From the IMG/VR virus record IMGVR_UViG_3300037743_000357, positions 1 to 55,421 of that record: a stretch of 55,421 nucleotides of DNA; one strand, given 5' to 3'. A program made the position numbers and the translations under genes. Position 1 is the first letter of the stretch. The number at the start of each line of letters is the position of its first letter. The notes beneath the pieces were generated by a model, which ran no database searches, had not been told where the DNA came from, and saw only the letters and a list, made by a program, of their open reading frames with translations. This document shows positions 16,356 to 25,637 of the stretch, piece by piece. The stretch is from a virus (Duplodnaviria > Caudoviricetes).

Positions 16356-17744
16356 ATGGCTTGTCCCGATAGCAGCATTATTCAGGCGTGCGATTTTAAG
16401 CAGTTCTTCATCGATCAAACCCCCAAGTTTGACGAGATGATCATGCAGGACATCCGGCCCACTGATGGCTGGTTGTACAATATCAGCACGGGAACTACTC
16501 CGATGGGTACGCCCGTCGAAATCACCCAAGACCGTCTTCGATCTGTTCACCCCAACACGACCAAGCAATGGAATCGGGTTGTGGCCAACGGGCTGGGTTG
16601 CACGGGCAATCCATGCGATCCAACCGAAAATCAAATCGGTATGGGCGCCGACCGGCTGACTTACTACGCCGAAGAACAGACCTGGGCCACGCCCATGATC
16701 TGTTACAACCAGGCGATGCACATCACGCACGCCATGCAGCACATTGATCAGCTTATCAGTAAGATTTTGAAGCCTGCTACGACGACCATATCGAGCAGTT
16801 TCCTTCGAAAACGCGCCTTGCAGTGGGCCAAGTACCACACGACGGCCAACAGTGCGATGAGCGAATTCACCTTCCAATGGACCACGCCGGCGCAATTTCC
16901 GGATGAGGAAATCTATTTCGATACCTCCGTGGACCCGGCCAATGTCTTCTTGCTGGCGCCTCAGATGTTGCAGAAAAACTTCTCGCGCACGATGTTGGAA
17001 GGCTACGCCGGGGAGAATCCATTCAAGGAAACGCTCCCGTTCATCGAGTTGGTGTCCGATCTGGACACGGTTCGAGGCTTGGAACGTTTGGGAACACGCC
17101 AGGGCACCGGAGGCGGTTCATCGCCCACCGTGGTCAATAACTGGCGGTTCAGCGAATGGGGTGCAGCCAGTGAGTATTGGCGCTACGGGTTTTCGGGCCA
17201 AGTTGGAAACTACCTGGTGAGGTCCGACGAAATGGGATTGCGCTTCAACTTCGTCACTGATCTTGGCCCGGGCGCGGCTCCCAACCGTTTCCGCTACCAA
17301 ATCATCCTTCCGTTCAACAACGTCGTGACCAGCGGCGCGGGCGGCGCGCCGGGCATCGGTTCGGAAGTCAATGAAGACTTCCAGAACGCCCAGTTCACCA
17401 TCAGTTTTCAGATGCACAAGAAGGGCATGGAACTGTTGGTGCCGGACGCGACCCCGCTCAATCCCGCAATGCCTTACGGCCATATTGATTTTGGCGGCAG
17501 ATGGGAATTCCAGATGGACAACTTGGGCGCCGATGCATCGGGCCAGGTGATTGCCAATCCGTGGCGAAACAAGGGCCGGTTTGCTTCGTGGTTCAAGTAT
17601 TACATCCGCCCGTTGCACACCGAATTCATGCGGGCTTACTTCCACAAGCGCGAACAGGAATGCATCCCTGAGATCTCTCCATGCTCGCCTGATCCTGGTT
17701 ATCCGAGCCAGAGCTACTCTTCGGCTCCTCCGAATTGCGAATAG
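16356..17744 (+). CDS. Major capsid protein
   Basis: 462 aa after scaffold, with its own promoter and downstream hairpin; assigned by size and synteny. Confidence 0.8.
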   Translation: MACPDSSIIQACDFKQFFIDQTPKFDEMIMQDIRPTDGWLYNISTGTTPMGTPVEITQDRLRSVHPNTTKQWNRVVANGLGCTGNPCDPTENQIGMGADRLTYYAEEQTWATPMICYNQAMHITHAMQHIDQLISKILKPATTTISSSFLRKRALQWAKYHTTANSAMSEFTFQWTTPAQFPDEEIYFDTSVDPANVFLLAPQMLQKNFSRTMLEGYAGENPFKETLPFIELVSDLDTVRGLERLGTRQGTGGGSSPTVVNNWRFSEWGAASEYWRYGFSGQVGNYLVRSDEMGLRFNFVTDLGPGAAPNRFRYQIILPFNNVVTSGAGGAPGIGSEVNEDFQNAQFTISFQMHKKGMELLVPDATPLNPAMPYGHIDFGGRWEFQMDNLGADASGQVIANPWRNKGRFASWFKYYIRPLHTEFMRAYFHKREQECIPEISPCSPDPGYPSQSYSSAPPNCE

Positions 17745-17757
17745 GGTTGTCGGCACA

Positions 17758-17826
17758 CCCCCGTCAACCGTGACTGAAGGGTTGGGCGGTTGACGGGGGC
17801 TTATAATCCAAGCCCTTCCTTTTTTG
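17758..17826 (+). terminator. Hairpin/H-type pseudoknot followed by U-tract after capsid gene
   Basis: 13-bp stem 17758-70/17787-99; loop GAAGGGTTGG pairs with CCAA(G)CCCTTC 17808-18; then T-run. Confidence 0.6.
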
Positions 17827-17828
17827 CC

Positions 17829-18071
17829 ATGGCGATTATTGACGATGGAATGTACGGCGACGTGGAGATGGAATCCACCCAGGCGGAAGATCCAAGCGGC
17901 AAGAAAAGCCCCACGGCGCTGCTTCCCAAGTCGATCACCATGGGCAAGGACGTTGAAGTGGGCGATTCCATCGTCGTGAAGGTGACGCGCATCTACGATG
18001 ACGAATTGGAAGTTGAGTATGCCCGGCCCAAGTCCAACGCGCCCCCGATGCAAATGGACGATATGGAGTAA
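17829..18071 (+). CDS. Small acidic protein
   Basis: 80 aa; beta-rich core VEVGDSIVVKVTRI. Confidence 0.65.
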   Translation: MAIIDDGMYGDVEMESTQAEDPSGKKSPTALLPKSITMGKDVEVGDSIVVKVTRIYDDELEVEYARPKSNAPPMQMDDME

Positions 18072-18074
18072 CCT

Positions 18075-18485
18075 ATGCCCGCAACGCTTCCTTCTGAACT
18101 GTTCACCGAAGCCAACTGTTTCCGTTGCTACGGGCAGGCTAGTTCGACGCAACTCTTGCGCCTGGCGATGTTGGCTAGAACCTTAACCATTCTCGATAGT
18201 ATGGCCGCCACTGATCCTCAAAGTTTACTGGAATACGCCAAGTGCTTTGGCTGCTACGGAGACGCCAACCTTGTTGACATGATGGAACTGGCGTTGCTCG
18301 ACCAAATCAGCCAGAACGTCAGTGGCGGGGGCGGCGGAGGGGGAGGCGGTTTGTCTGGCGCCGGAGATCCGGAAGGATCAGTGACCGCGGCGGCTGGCAC
18401 GACCTACATCAACACGACGGACGAATCGTTTTGGGTCAAGAAAACCGGCGCGGGCGACACTGGCTGGATTTCTCTTATTGTGTGA
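18075..18485 (+). CDS. Head fibre/decoration-like protein
   Basis: Two CFxCYG repeats, poly-Gly linker, G.G.PEG.VTA..G..Y...WVK.TG.G.TGW fibre motif. Confidence 0.65.
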   Translation: MPATLPSELFTEANCFRCYGQASSTQLLRLAMLARTLTILDSMAATDPQSLLEYAKCFGCYGDANLVDMMELALLDQISQNVSGGGGGGGGGLSGAGDPEGSVTAAAGTTYINTTDESFWVKKTGAGDTGWISLIV

Positions 18486-18501
18486 TGCGATGAGATTTTC
18501 C

Positions 18502-19218
18502 ATGAAAAACAAAAAACTCTTCCTCACCGCGGCTTTCTGTTTTGTGGCCACGTTCCTGGTCGCCCAAGCCATCGTGCGCAGTGGATGGACCACAACGGGA
18601 GATCCGGATTTAGCTCGCGCGGCGCTCGGGGTGGGGGACACCACAGTTACCAACCTGGTCGTCACGGAGACCAACTTCGTGAATGTCTCCATCGTGACGA
18701 ATCTTTACGTCATCGAAACCAACTATGTGAATGTTGAGTACGTCACCAATCTTTATGTCACGGAAGTTAGGGGAGGGAGAATTACCATTGAGACAAATAT
18801 CAACACCTACATCTTCACGACCAACCTTTACGCCACGACGATCAACGCCACGACGAACATCAACAATTATACGATCACGACCAATTCCAGCCGGTTCGAG
18901 CGAAAGACTCTGGCTTACTCGGGAACAAACGTTTGGGTGGATTGGAACACGGGCACGAGCTTTGATTTGACTCTGACCGGGGACACGCACTTGATCATGA
19001 CCAATGTCCCAACGGATCTTGATCAGGTCGTAAATATTTTGCTGCTCAACGACGGAACAGGTGGGTACGGTGTGAGTTTCGATTATCACATGATGTGGCC
19101 CGGCGGGACTGCGCCGACGATCTCCACGGACCCGGACACTTGGGATGTGATTTCCATGATGCCAGGACCCTTCGGAACCAATGAAGTGGCGTGCGTCATT
19201 CAGCAAGATTTCAGATGA
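18502..19218 (+). CDS. Fibre-like protein with signal peptide and Thr-Asn-rich repeats
   Basis: MKNKK-hydrophobic-AQA signal; 16-aa VTNL.V.ETN.VNV repeats; C-terminal LTLTG...NDGTGG...WPGGTAPT.ST...DVIS fibre-type domain. Confidence 0.7.
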   Translation: MKNKKLFLTAAFCFVATFLVAQAIVRSGWTTTGDPDLARAALGVGDTTVTNLVVTETNFVNVSIVTNLYVIETNYVNVEYVTNLYVTEVRGGRITIETNINTYIFTTNLYATTINATTNINNYTITTNSSRFERKTLAYSGTNVWVDWNTGTSFDLTLTGDTHLIMTNVPTDLDQVVNILLLNDGTGGYGVSFDYHMMWPGGTAPTISTDPDTWDVISMMPGPFGTNEVACVIQQDFR

Positions 19219-20105
19219 AACAATCCTTCGCTTCTTTAGGAGTTTTACTGGCCGCGACGTTCATCATCGCCGCGGCGGTGGTTCCTTTTTCATGGTGGGG
19301 GGGAACGTCGTCAGATCTTCCGTCTCTCCCGTCTAATGCACTCGTTGTGGCGCTATCCGGCAGGTATAAACTGGTCAGTGACTACTCTGGAAACGCAATG
19401 GTGCTAAACAATCAAACGGCGGTCACAAATATTGGGTTTATCGGCAGGGATATAGACTACCAGTCAATAAGCAATTGGTGTTTGGCGGCTGTCGGAACGG
19501 TGAGTAATCTTGCGAATCAGACAGGATTAACGATCCCATGGATTCAAGCGGTTACTGCCAAGCAACCCACGGTTTACACCAATAATTGGACAGGTTTGGA
19601 CAGTGCGTTCACCAGTTACGACGGTGCAGGCGACCTGCTTGTTTCAGGATCATTTCCTATCACAAATACGTTTACGGTTTCCGCATGGTTCAGGCTTCGT
19701 GGTGCTCAGGCGCAAGACTATGAAAGGGTATCAGAGAACACACAGACTATTGGATATTTTCTTGGCCTTAATACTTTGGCGTCTCCGGGCTTCATCTGGT
19801 GGATTAAGGGTAACATTGCGGGAGGCGTGATTGGGGGGACTCCGACGTTAAATACATGGACGCATCTGACTGGAACCTTCGACGGGACCGATGGAGTATT
19901 ATACATCGACGGAGTTGCTGTAGGAACTAACGCATTCACAGCTCCCGGGGCTCTCACGCAGCCAGTCTACATTGGAGGATACTCAGGTGGAAATTTCGAT
20001 CCCAACAGTTGGATTGATGACTTCCTTATTTATTACAGAGCACTCTCAGCGGAAGAAGTTCAAACGGTTTACACTATATCAACTAATCGTCATCCCAACC
20101 CATGA
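19215..20105 (+). CDS. LamG/concanavalin-like domain protein with N-terminal signal peptide
   Basis: FTVSAWF, WTHLTGTFDG...LYIDG, IDDFLIYYRALSAEEV; hydrophobic N-terminus. Confidence 0.85.
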   Translation: MKQSFASLGVLLAATFIIAAAVVPFSWWGGTSSDLPSLPSNALVVALSGRYKLVSDYSGNAMVLNNQTAVTNIGFIGRDIDYQSISNWCLAAVGTVSNLANQTGLTIPWIQAVTAKQPTVYTNNWTGLDSAFTSYDGAGDLLVSGSFPITNTFTVSAWFRLRGAQAQDYERVSENTQTIGYFLGLNTLASPGFIWWIKGNIAGGVIGGTPTLNTWTHLTGTFDGTDGVLYIDGVAVGTNAFTAPGALTQPVYIGGYSGGNFDPNSWIDDFLIYYRALSAEEVQTVYTISTNRHPNP

Positions 20106-20662
20106 GAAATTTTAAAATTCAATGCGCCATCCTCCTGGTGGCCGTGGCCGCGCTGAGCGCCCGCGCCGAAAACGTTCACTTCGCATGGGACCCAAACCCA
20201 CCACAAGAAAGCGTCACGAATTATGTTCTCTTCGAGCGCGTCAGCACAAATTATGCGGTCGTGGGCCAGACCAGCGGCACAAACTATATCCTGACCAACG
20301 TGACGCCAGGAATTCACATTTACGCGGCCAAGGCTCAAAATGCATGGGGCGAGTCGCTCTTTTCAAACGAGGTGACTGTTGAGATCATGCCCGTTCCCAC
20401 GGCGCCGGGTAATTTCAAGGTGCAGCAAATCGCCGGGACCAACACCGTCAGCGTCGGGTTCACGAACATGCCCAACGAAGCTTTGGTGATGACGAGCGAG
20501 GATCTTTCACAATGGCGCGATTGGATGGCGTGGAATTCATTGGACTCTTCGGCCTTTCCGGATTCGGTGATGTTCAACGTGCAGGTGGAGAAACCCAAGA
20601 CCTTCTGGCGCGTCGTCCCCAGCGCGCCGCCGCCGTCGCCCGTGGGGGTGCTTGCCCCATGA
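20102..20662 (+). CDS. Secreted Fn3-like protein
   Basis: Signal peptide ending ARA; FAWDPN...Y...A.NAWGES.FSNEV, PTAPGNF; C-terminal S.DL..W...FWRV module. Confidence 0.75.
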   Translation: MRNFKIQCAILLVAVAALSARAENVHFAWDPNPPQESVTNYVLFERVSTNYAVVGQTSGTNYILTNVTPGIHIYAAKAQNAWGESLFSNEVTVEIMPVPTAPGNFKVQQIAGTNTVSVGFTNMPNEALVMTSEDLSQWRDWMAWNSLDSSAFPDSVMFNVQVEKPKTFWRVVPSAPPPSPVGVLAP

Positions 20663-21081
20663 CCAACTCCATTCCCTCCGAGACCAGCGCGATCCTGAAC
20701 AAGGTGGATCTGGTCTTTTCATGGATGTGGACGAGCCCCATCGAAATCGTCGGGGTGGCGGCCATCTTGATCTTCGGCTACGTGCTCAAGAGCATTCCAA
20801 AGTTCCAAAACGAATACATCCCCATCTCAACGTTCGCCGTGGCCATCTTTTACTATGCTTTCATCCTGTCTCCGTCCAAAGCACCGCAAGTTGAGATTGA
20901 CCCCCGCCACTGGATGGGTGGCGTGGTGGCCCCAATCGCATGGGCCGTGGCTTGGGGAACGCATGTTTTGGTAGGCAAAAAGCTTGGATTGGACAAAATT
21001 CTCTTCCATAAAGACGACAGCGGCAACACGCGATTGATCCGCAAACCAAATACGGAAATGCCGGATTCAGCCAGTGAATGA
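20659..21081 (+). CDS. Holin
   Basis: Three hydrophobic segments; FGYVLKSIPKF.NEYIP; charged C-terminus; ATGA-coupled. Confidence 0.7.
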   Translation: MTNSIPSETSAILNKVDLVFSWMWTSPIEIVGVAAILIFGYVLKSIPKFQNEYIPISTFAVAIFYYAFILSPSKAPQVEIDPRHWMGGVVAPIAWAVAWGTHVLVGKKLGLDKILFHKDDSGNTRLIRKPNTEMPDSASE

Positions 21082-21374
21082 AAATGTCATCCGAAACTAG
21101 GGAATTAATCATGAAGGGGTTTCCAAACTGGTTCCAAAACCTGTTGATGAGTTTCCTGTGTTTTATCCTCTCAATGCTCTACTTCGACTTTCGGGGTTTG
21201 CAGCGAACGGTCCACATCAAGGAAGTGGAGTTTGCCGAAGTAAGGAGTAAAACTATCCAGCACGACAAAGACATCCAGTACATCCAATCAACGCAGAGCT
21301 CCCTGGCCGACGCGCTCAATCAAATGGCTATTACCATGGCCCGATTGGCCGCATTGGAAGACCGCCGAAACTAG
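21078..21374 (+). CDS. Membrane-anchored coiled-coil protein (lysis accessory candidate)
   Basis: One TM segment then coiled coil; follows holin. Confidence 0.6.
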   Translation: MKMSSETRELIMKGFPNWFQNLLMSFLCFILSMLYFDFRGLQRTVHIKEVEFAEVRSKTIQHDKDIQYIQSTQSSLADALNQMAITMARLAALEDRRN

Positions 21375-21381
21375 CTTTTTT

Positions 21382-21906
21382 ATGAAACACCTATCGTTTC
21401 TCACACTGGCCCTGGCTCTTTGCCTTGGGGATATTCACGCCACCGAATGGGTTGCCGTCGCTTCCAATGAAGAAACGCCGACCTTCAGCTTCGATGCCGG
21501 AGGGTTCGTCAAAACATCGGACTTCGAAAATGCCAGCAGCGGCTTGTTTGTCGGTGTCCACGGCTACCCAAAACCGTTCACGGAGAATCTTGGGCTCTTC
21601 GCCGAGGGCCGATTCTACGACAACAAAGGAACCTTCATTGATGAAGGCTTCGGCGGGCTGCTCTTCAGCGTCCATGAAGGGCCAAAGGCGTCCTTGAGCC
21701 TGTACGGAGGGGCTGGCTTGAACTTCGAGGAAAGCATTTCCAACGCGGATAGAAATGATATCCTGATCGGTGCCGGCATCCGGTGGGATACTCAACTATT
21801 CGATTCACCTTTGCATCTCGGCGTAAGGGCCGGGTGGGAGAAGCAACTCATGGCCGAAGCCGATCATCAGGCCATTGGTGCAGGTTTTCTATCCTTGAAG
21901 TTCTAG
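21382..21906 (+). CDS. Small outer-membrane beta-barrel protein
   Basis: Signal peptide, amphipathic Gly/aromatic strands, C-terminal GFLSLKF. Confidence 0.7.
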   Translation: MKHLSFLTLALALCLGDIHATEWVAVASNEETPTFSFDAGGFVKTSDFENASSGLFVGVHGYPKPFTENLGLFAEGRFYDNKGTFIDEGFGGLLFSVHEGPKASLSLYGGAGLNFEESISNADRNDILIGAGIRWDTQLFDSPLHLGVRAGWEKQLMAEADHQAIGAGFLSLKF

Positions 21907-23756
21907 GCGGATAACTGGCCCAGTTTCCAAAACCGATTCGCCTTATCCTGCGCATCGCGTTTCCAGCGCCGGTCCTCGGGCCTGATGATGGCCTGTGAAA
22001 GTTTGCTGATGACGAACCCGCGCCGCCGCGCGCCCCAAACGCCGGCGGCCAGTCCGTCGAATAGGTCGGGTGAAAAGCCGGTCTTCTCCTTCATGTCCTT
22101 CTTGCTCTCCACTTCGATCTTGTTGCCGGCGGTCATTTTGATTTCGCGCATGCACCCTTCGTTGGCTACGTCGACCGTCATGCCCCGGAACTGATCGCAT
22201 TCGATGATCATCCGAACCAGGTACCAAAGCTCAGTGACGCGCTTGGAGAAGTAATCGCAGCATGGGATTCGTATCTCGGAGGAAACGGGCAGGTCTGAGG
22301 GTTTGCCGCCAAAATCGATGCTCTCCACGTCCGGACTCCAAAGCCGTGAAAAGGCTGTGACCAGGCTCGTTCGCATGCCCGCGTCGAAGAAGAAGTTGGA
22401 AGGTGCGATGCCGCGGCGCTGGCATTGGTCCATGACGAATAGCGCAATCTGGTCTTCGGGCTGGTCGCTTTCTTTTTCCGCCGCGATGGGGACGATCATT
22501 TTATCGACCAGATTTAGCAGCATGCGCCCGGATGGCTGGAATAATTCCTGGTTGATGATGTTGCCGGCGGCCTCCGGTGCATCCCCCTGGGCTGCCAAGC
22601 CGAACTGCAACTCGCCGAACACACACCGATCCCCGCCAACTCCCCGGTAGGCCGCATCCAGGAAGGCGATGCTGGTCCGGTTGGAGTCCCGCCAGATAGG
22701 TTTGTCGAACGCATGGAACTTGCGGCACATCTCCATGGTGATTACGCGCCGACTCCCCTGGCCCCGGGGAAAGCGGCCCTCATTGAACATGAGATAATGC
22801 CAGTCATCGGTCATCCAGATCTTGGCATCATCGGCCATCTGTTGGCGCGTGATAAGGAATGGGAACGGAGGCGGTTCACCCTCGGGAACATCCATGTTGG
22901 GTGAGTCACTGCCCGGGTACTGGATGGCCACGCCGTTGGGCATGCGCGTCGGCCATGTCTTGGTGCCGGGGCGCTGGTCAACGCCGCTCTCCCATCCGCC
23001 AAGTTCGGCTGAGGGTTCGCAGATGAAGCCGTGGGCGTTGTTGATGTCGTTGGGATTGCCCAGCCCGCGCATTTTGAAGTCCGGACACTTGGCCAAGTTA
23101 GACACCGAATCGATGAAGGAACGCGGCATGAGGTTCAGTTCGTCCCCTAATAGGCGCACGCGTTTGTTGTGGATACCTACAAGCGAACCAAGTCCCACCC
23201 AGGCATTGCCCTTCTTCACTGGGACCGCCATCAGCCCATTTTTGAAATCTCGACCTTCTGAAAATTCTTCTCGCCGGCTTTTGATGATGCGCCGTTTACC
23301 TTCGATCAAATGGCCTGGAATCCATGAAAAACGTTCCTTGGCTTCCCGGTGGTATCGCTTGATCATGCCCCACGCGCGCAACTCCAAACTGTCCAGATCA
23401 GTTGAACTGATTAGAACGGTCGTGCATTCAGGGAAGCAGTACCAGTCCATGAGAACGTCGGAGGCGGCGGCATCCGATTTTCCCGCCGCTGCGCAGCCAA
23501 GTTCCCCTATGTATTGGTGGTTCAGGAACATCTCCAGGGCGAGCGTGTTCCACTTGTGCCATGCTTTGGATGGGAAGGCGATCTTCTGCGCTTCCATGTA
23601 GTGGAAGAAGAGTCCTTTGCCGATTTCACGTCCCTTGGGGCTTGTCCATTTTCCGCCGTGGCGGATGCATTCTATCTCGATAGCCAGGGGGTGCATGGTG
23701 GGCGTCCACATCCCACCGTATTTCTCGACGCGTCCGGAGGACTTTTTTACTGCCAT
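21903..23756 (-). CDS. terL: Terminase large subunit
   Basis: Walker A GCAAAGKS, Walker B LLGDE, LGNP, RNase H-like FLDAAY.G.GGD.C and SPD..DG. Confidence 0.88.
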   Translation of the reverse strand: MAVKKSSGRVEKYGGMWTPTMHPLAIEIECIRHGGKWTSPKGREIGKGLFFHYMEAQKIAFPSKAWHKWNTLALEMFLNHQYIGELGCAAAGKSDAAASDVLMDWYCFPECTTVLISSTDLDSLELRAWGMIKRYHREAKERFSWIPGHLIEGKRRIIKSRREEFSEGRDFKNGLMAVPVKKGNAWVGLGSLVGIHNKRVRLLGDELNLMPRSFIDSVSNLAKCPDFKMRGLGNPNDINNAHGFICEPSAELGGWESGVDQRPGTKTWPTRMPNGVAIQYPGSDSPNMDVPEGEPPPFPFLITRQQMADDAKIWMTDDWHYLMFNEGRFPRGQGSRRVITMEMCRKFHAFDKPIWRDSNRTSIAFLDAAYRGVGGDRCVFGELQFGLAAQGDAPEAAGNIINQELFQPSGRMLLNLVDKMIVPIAAEKESDQPEDQIALFVMDQCQRRGIAPSNFFFDAGMRTSLVTAFSRLWSPDVESIDFGGKPSDLPVSSEIRIPCCDYFSKRVTELWYLVRMIIECDQFRGMTVDVANEGCMREIKMTAGNKIEVESKKDMKEKTGFSPDLFDGLAAGVWGARRRGFVISKLSQAIIRPEDRRWKRDAQDKANRFWKLGQLSA

Positions 23757-23810
23757 GGTTTGAACTTAAAGGGTTGCTTGTAAGGGCGGCTAGCGCAATT
23801 ATTTCGGACG

Positions 23811-25637
23811 ATGGCTAATGGTTCCAGTGATTTTACGATAGTCGATGGCAGCCTGGATTTTAGCATGGGCGTCGATTCGATTCGCACGACCACGATCCAA
23901 TCAGAATCCAACCCGGGTGGCTTGCCGCGCAACCAACTGGCGTGGCTCTACAATGCCACCGTCAGGGATGGAGGTATCAGACCGCGTGGCGGATGGCAAC
24001 TCTTGGCGGCGGTGGATACAACCTCGGCGCTCTTTCAAGGGGGGTATATTTATGAGCCCACCAGCGGAAGCCCCTATCTCGTTACGAGCATCGGCGGCAA
24101 CATCTTCAAGGTCGATTGCGTTGCTCCATTCGCCGTCACGAATCTAAGTGCCGCCTTTGGCCTGACCAACCCGCCCGACGTGGACCAGGCGTTCTTCGTC
24201 CAGGCCGAACAGTTCTTGGTCATCCAAGCCGGCGACTTGGTGACGCTGCCGCTCTTTTGGGATGGAGCGATACTCAGGCGGAGTATCGGCATCACCAATA
24301 CGGTAGTGGCCCCGGGCACACCGGGAGTCAACGAGATCCCCGCCGCGACGACCATGGATTATCACATGAATCGGCTTTGGTATGCTCAAGGGCGCATCTC
24401 ATCAGCCGGCGATATTGCAGGAGGCGGATCTGGTACGGCTCCCTACAATTTCAAGGACTCGGTGTTGAATGTGACTGAAAATCCTTTGTCTGTGGGTGGA
24501 GACGGATTCAGCGTTCCGGACAATTCGGGGAACATACGCGCCCTAAGGCATGGAGCCAATCTGGACACCGCTCTTGGTCAGGGCCCACTTTTCATTTTCA
24601 CCCGCAAAACCATTTATGCCCTTGTGGTTCCTGTGACCCGAAACGATTGGATCGCCGCGGACACAGACAATCAACCACGTCAAACCGTTGTGCAGTTGGT
24701 CAACGGCGCCGTCAATGACCGTTCCATCACGCCGGTCAACGGAGACTTGTTCTACCAATCCCTGGAGCCGGGTGTACGGTCTTTGGTTTCCGCCGTTCGA
24801 TATTTTAACTCCTGGGGCAACAAGGAAATAAGCGCCAACGAAAACCGTGTTTTGCAGTTCGTGGACCGATCTCTGATGCGCTTTGGCAGCGGCGTGACAT
24901 TTGATAACCGTCTTTTGGAGGCCACTCTTCCCAAGATGAGCCCGCGTGGGGTAGTGAATCAGGCGATCTTACCCATGGACTTCCTTCCAGTAAGCACGTT
25001 CGGCAATGATGCATCGGCAAACTGGGAAGGCATGTATGAAGGCTTGGATTGGTTGCAATTGTCCGTCGCGGATTTCGGAGGGTTGGAACGGTGCTTTGGC
25101 TTGGTGGTTTCGCGCATCGATTCCTCGATTCAACTGTGGGAACTGACCAACCATCTGCGAAGCGACTTCAACGGGGTGGTGAGTGAAGCCAACCCGGAAG
25201 GAGAATCGCGCATCACGTGGCTGATCGAGACGCCAAGTTTCACGTGGAACAAAGAGTTCAACCTTAAAAAGCTCACGGGCCTGGAATTGTGGGTAGACAA
25301 ACTCTCCGGGGAAGTGTTGTTCAAAGTCGAATGGCGCCCGGACGGCGATCCGTGCTGGTATTTCTGGCATGAATGGACCGAATGCAGCGCCCGCAACTGC
25401 AACGAGGACACGCAGGCTTCCTGCGGGTATCCGCCGGCTGAGTTCGGGCCGTCGTACCGTTCCATGATGAATTTGCCCAAACCGCCGCAACACTGCGCCA
25501 GCGTGGGCAAGAGGCCGGCGCACATCGGCTATCAGTTTCAGTTGCGTATTACGATCAAGGGTTACTGCCGTGTGCGCGGGATGATTTTGAAGGCCCAAAT
25601 GCTTTTGCGACCGGAAGGCGCCGATCCTGTATGTTGA
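23811..25637 (+). CDS. Tail nozzle / tail tubular protein B-like
   Basis: 608 aa beta-rich; LYNA...GGI..R.G N-terminus; C-terminal FQLRITIKG; podovirus synteny. Confidence 0.7.
   Translation: MANGSSDFTIVDGSLDFSMGVDSIRTTTIQSESNPGGLPRNQLAWLYNATVRDGGIRPRGGWQLLAAVDTTSALFQGGYIYEPTSGSPYLVTSIGGNIFKVDCVAPFAVTNLSAAFGLTNPPDVDQAFFVQAEQFLVIQAGDLVTLPLFWDGAILRRSIGITNTVVAPGTPGVNEIPAATTMDYHMNRLWYAQGRISSAGDIAGGGSGTAPYNFKDSVLNVTENPLSVGGDGFSVPDNSGNIRALRHGANLDTALGQGPLFIFTRKTIYALVVPVTRNDWIAADTDNQPRQTVVQLVNGAVNDRSITPVNGDLFYQSLEPGVRSLVSAVRYFNSWGNKEISANENRVLQFVDRSLMRFGSGVTFDNRLLEATLPKMSPRGVVNQAILPMDFLPVSTFGNDASANWEGMYEGLDWLQLSVADFGGLERCFGLVVSRIDSSIQLWELTNHLRSDFNGVVSEANPEGESRITWLIETPSFTWNKEFNLKKLTGLELWVDKLSGEVLFKVEWRPDGDPCWYFWHEWTECSARNCNEDTQASCGYPPAEFGPSYRSMMNLPKPPQHCASVGKRPAHIGYQFQLRITIKGYCRVRGMILKAQMLLRPEGADPVC

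Noticed and set aside
17790-17807. TTGACG...TATAAT promoter
   Set aside because: The spacer is only 6 nt.
17758-17826. Pistol ribozyme
   Set aside because: The loop-tail pairing is superficially similar, but I could not find the downstream P2/P3 stems or conserved core.
17742-17831. Stop-codon readthrough or frameshift extending the capsid via the pseudoknot
   Set aside because: An in-frame TGA follows at 17775, and both shifted frames stop by 17773 or 17793, so no useful extension results.
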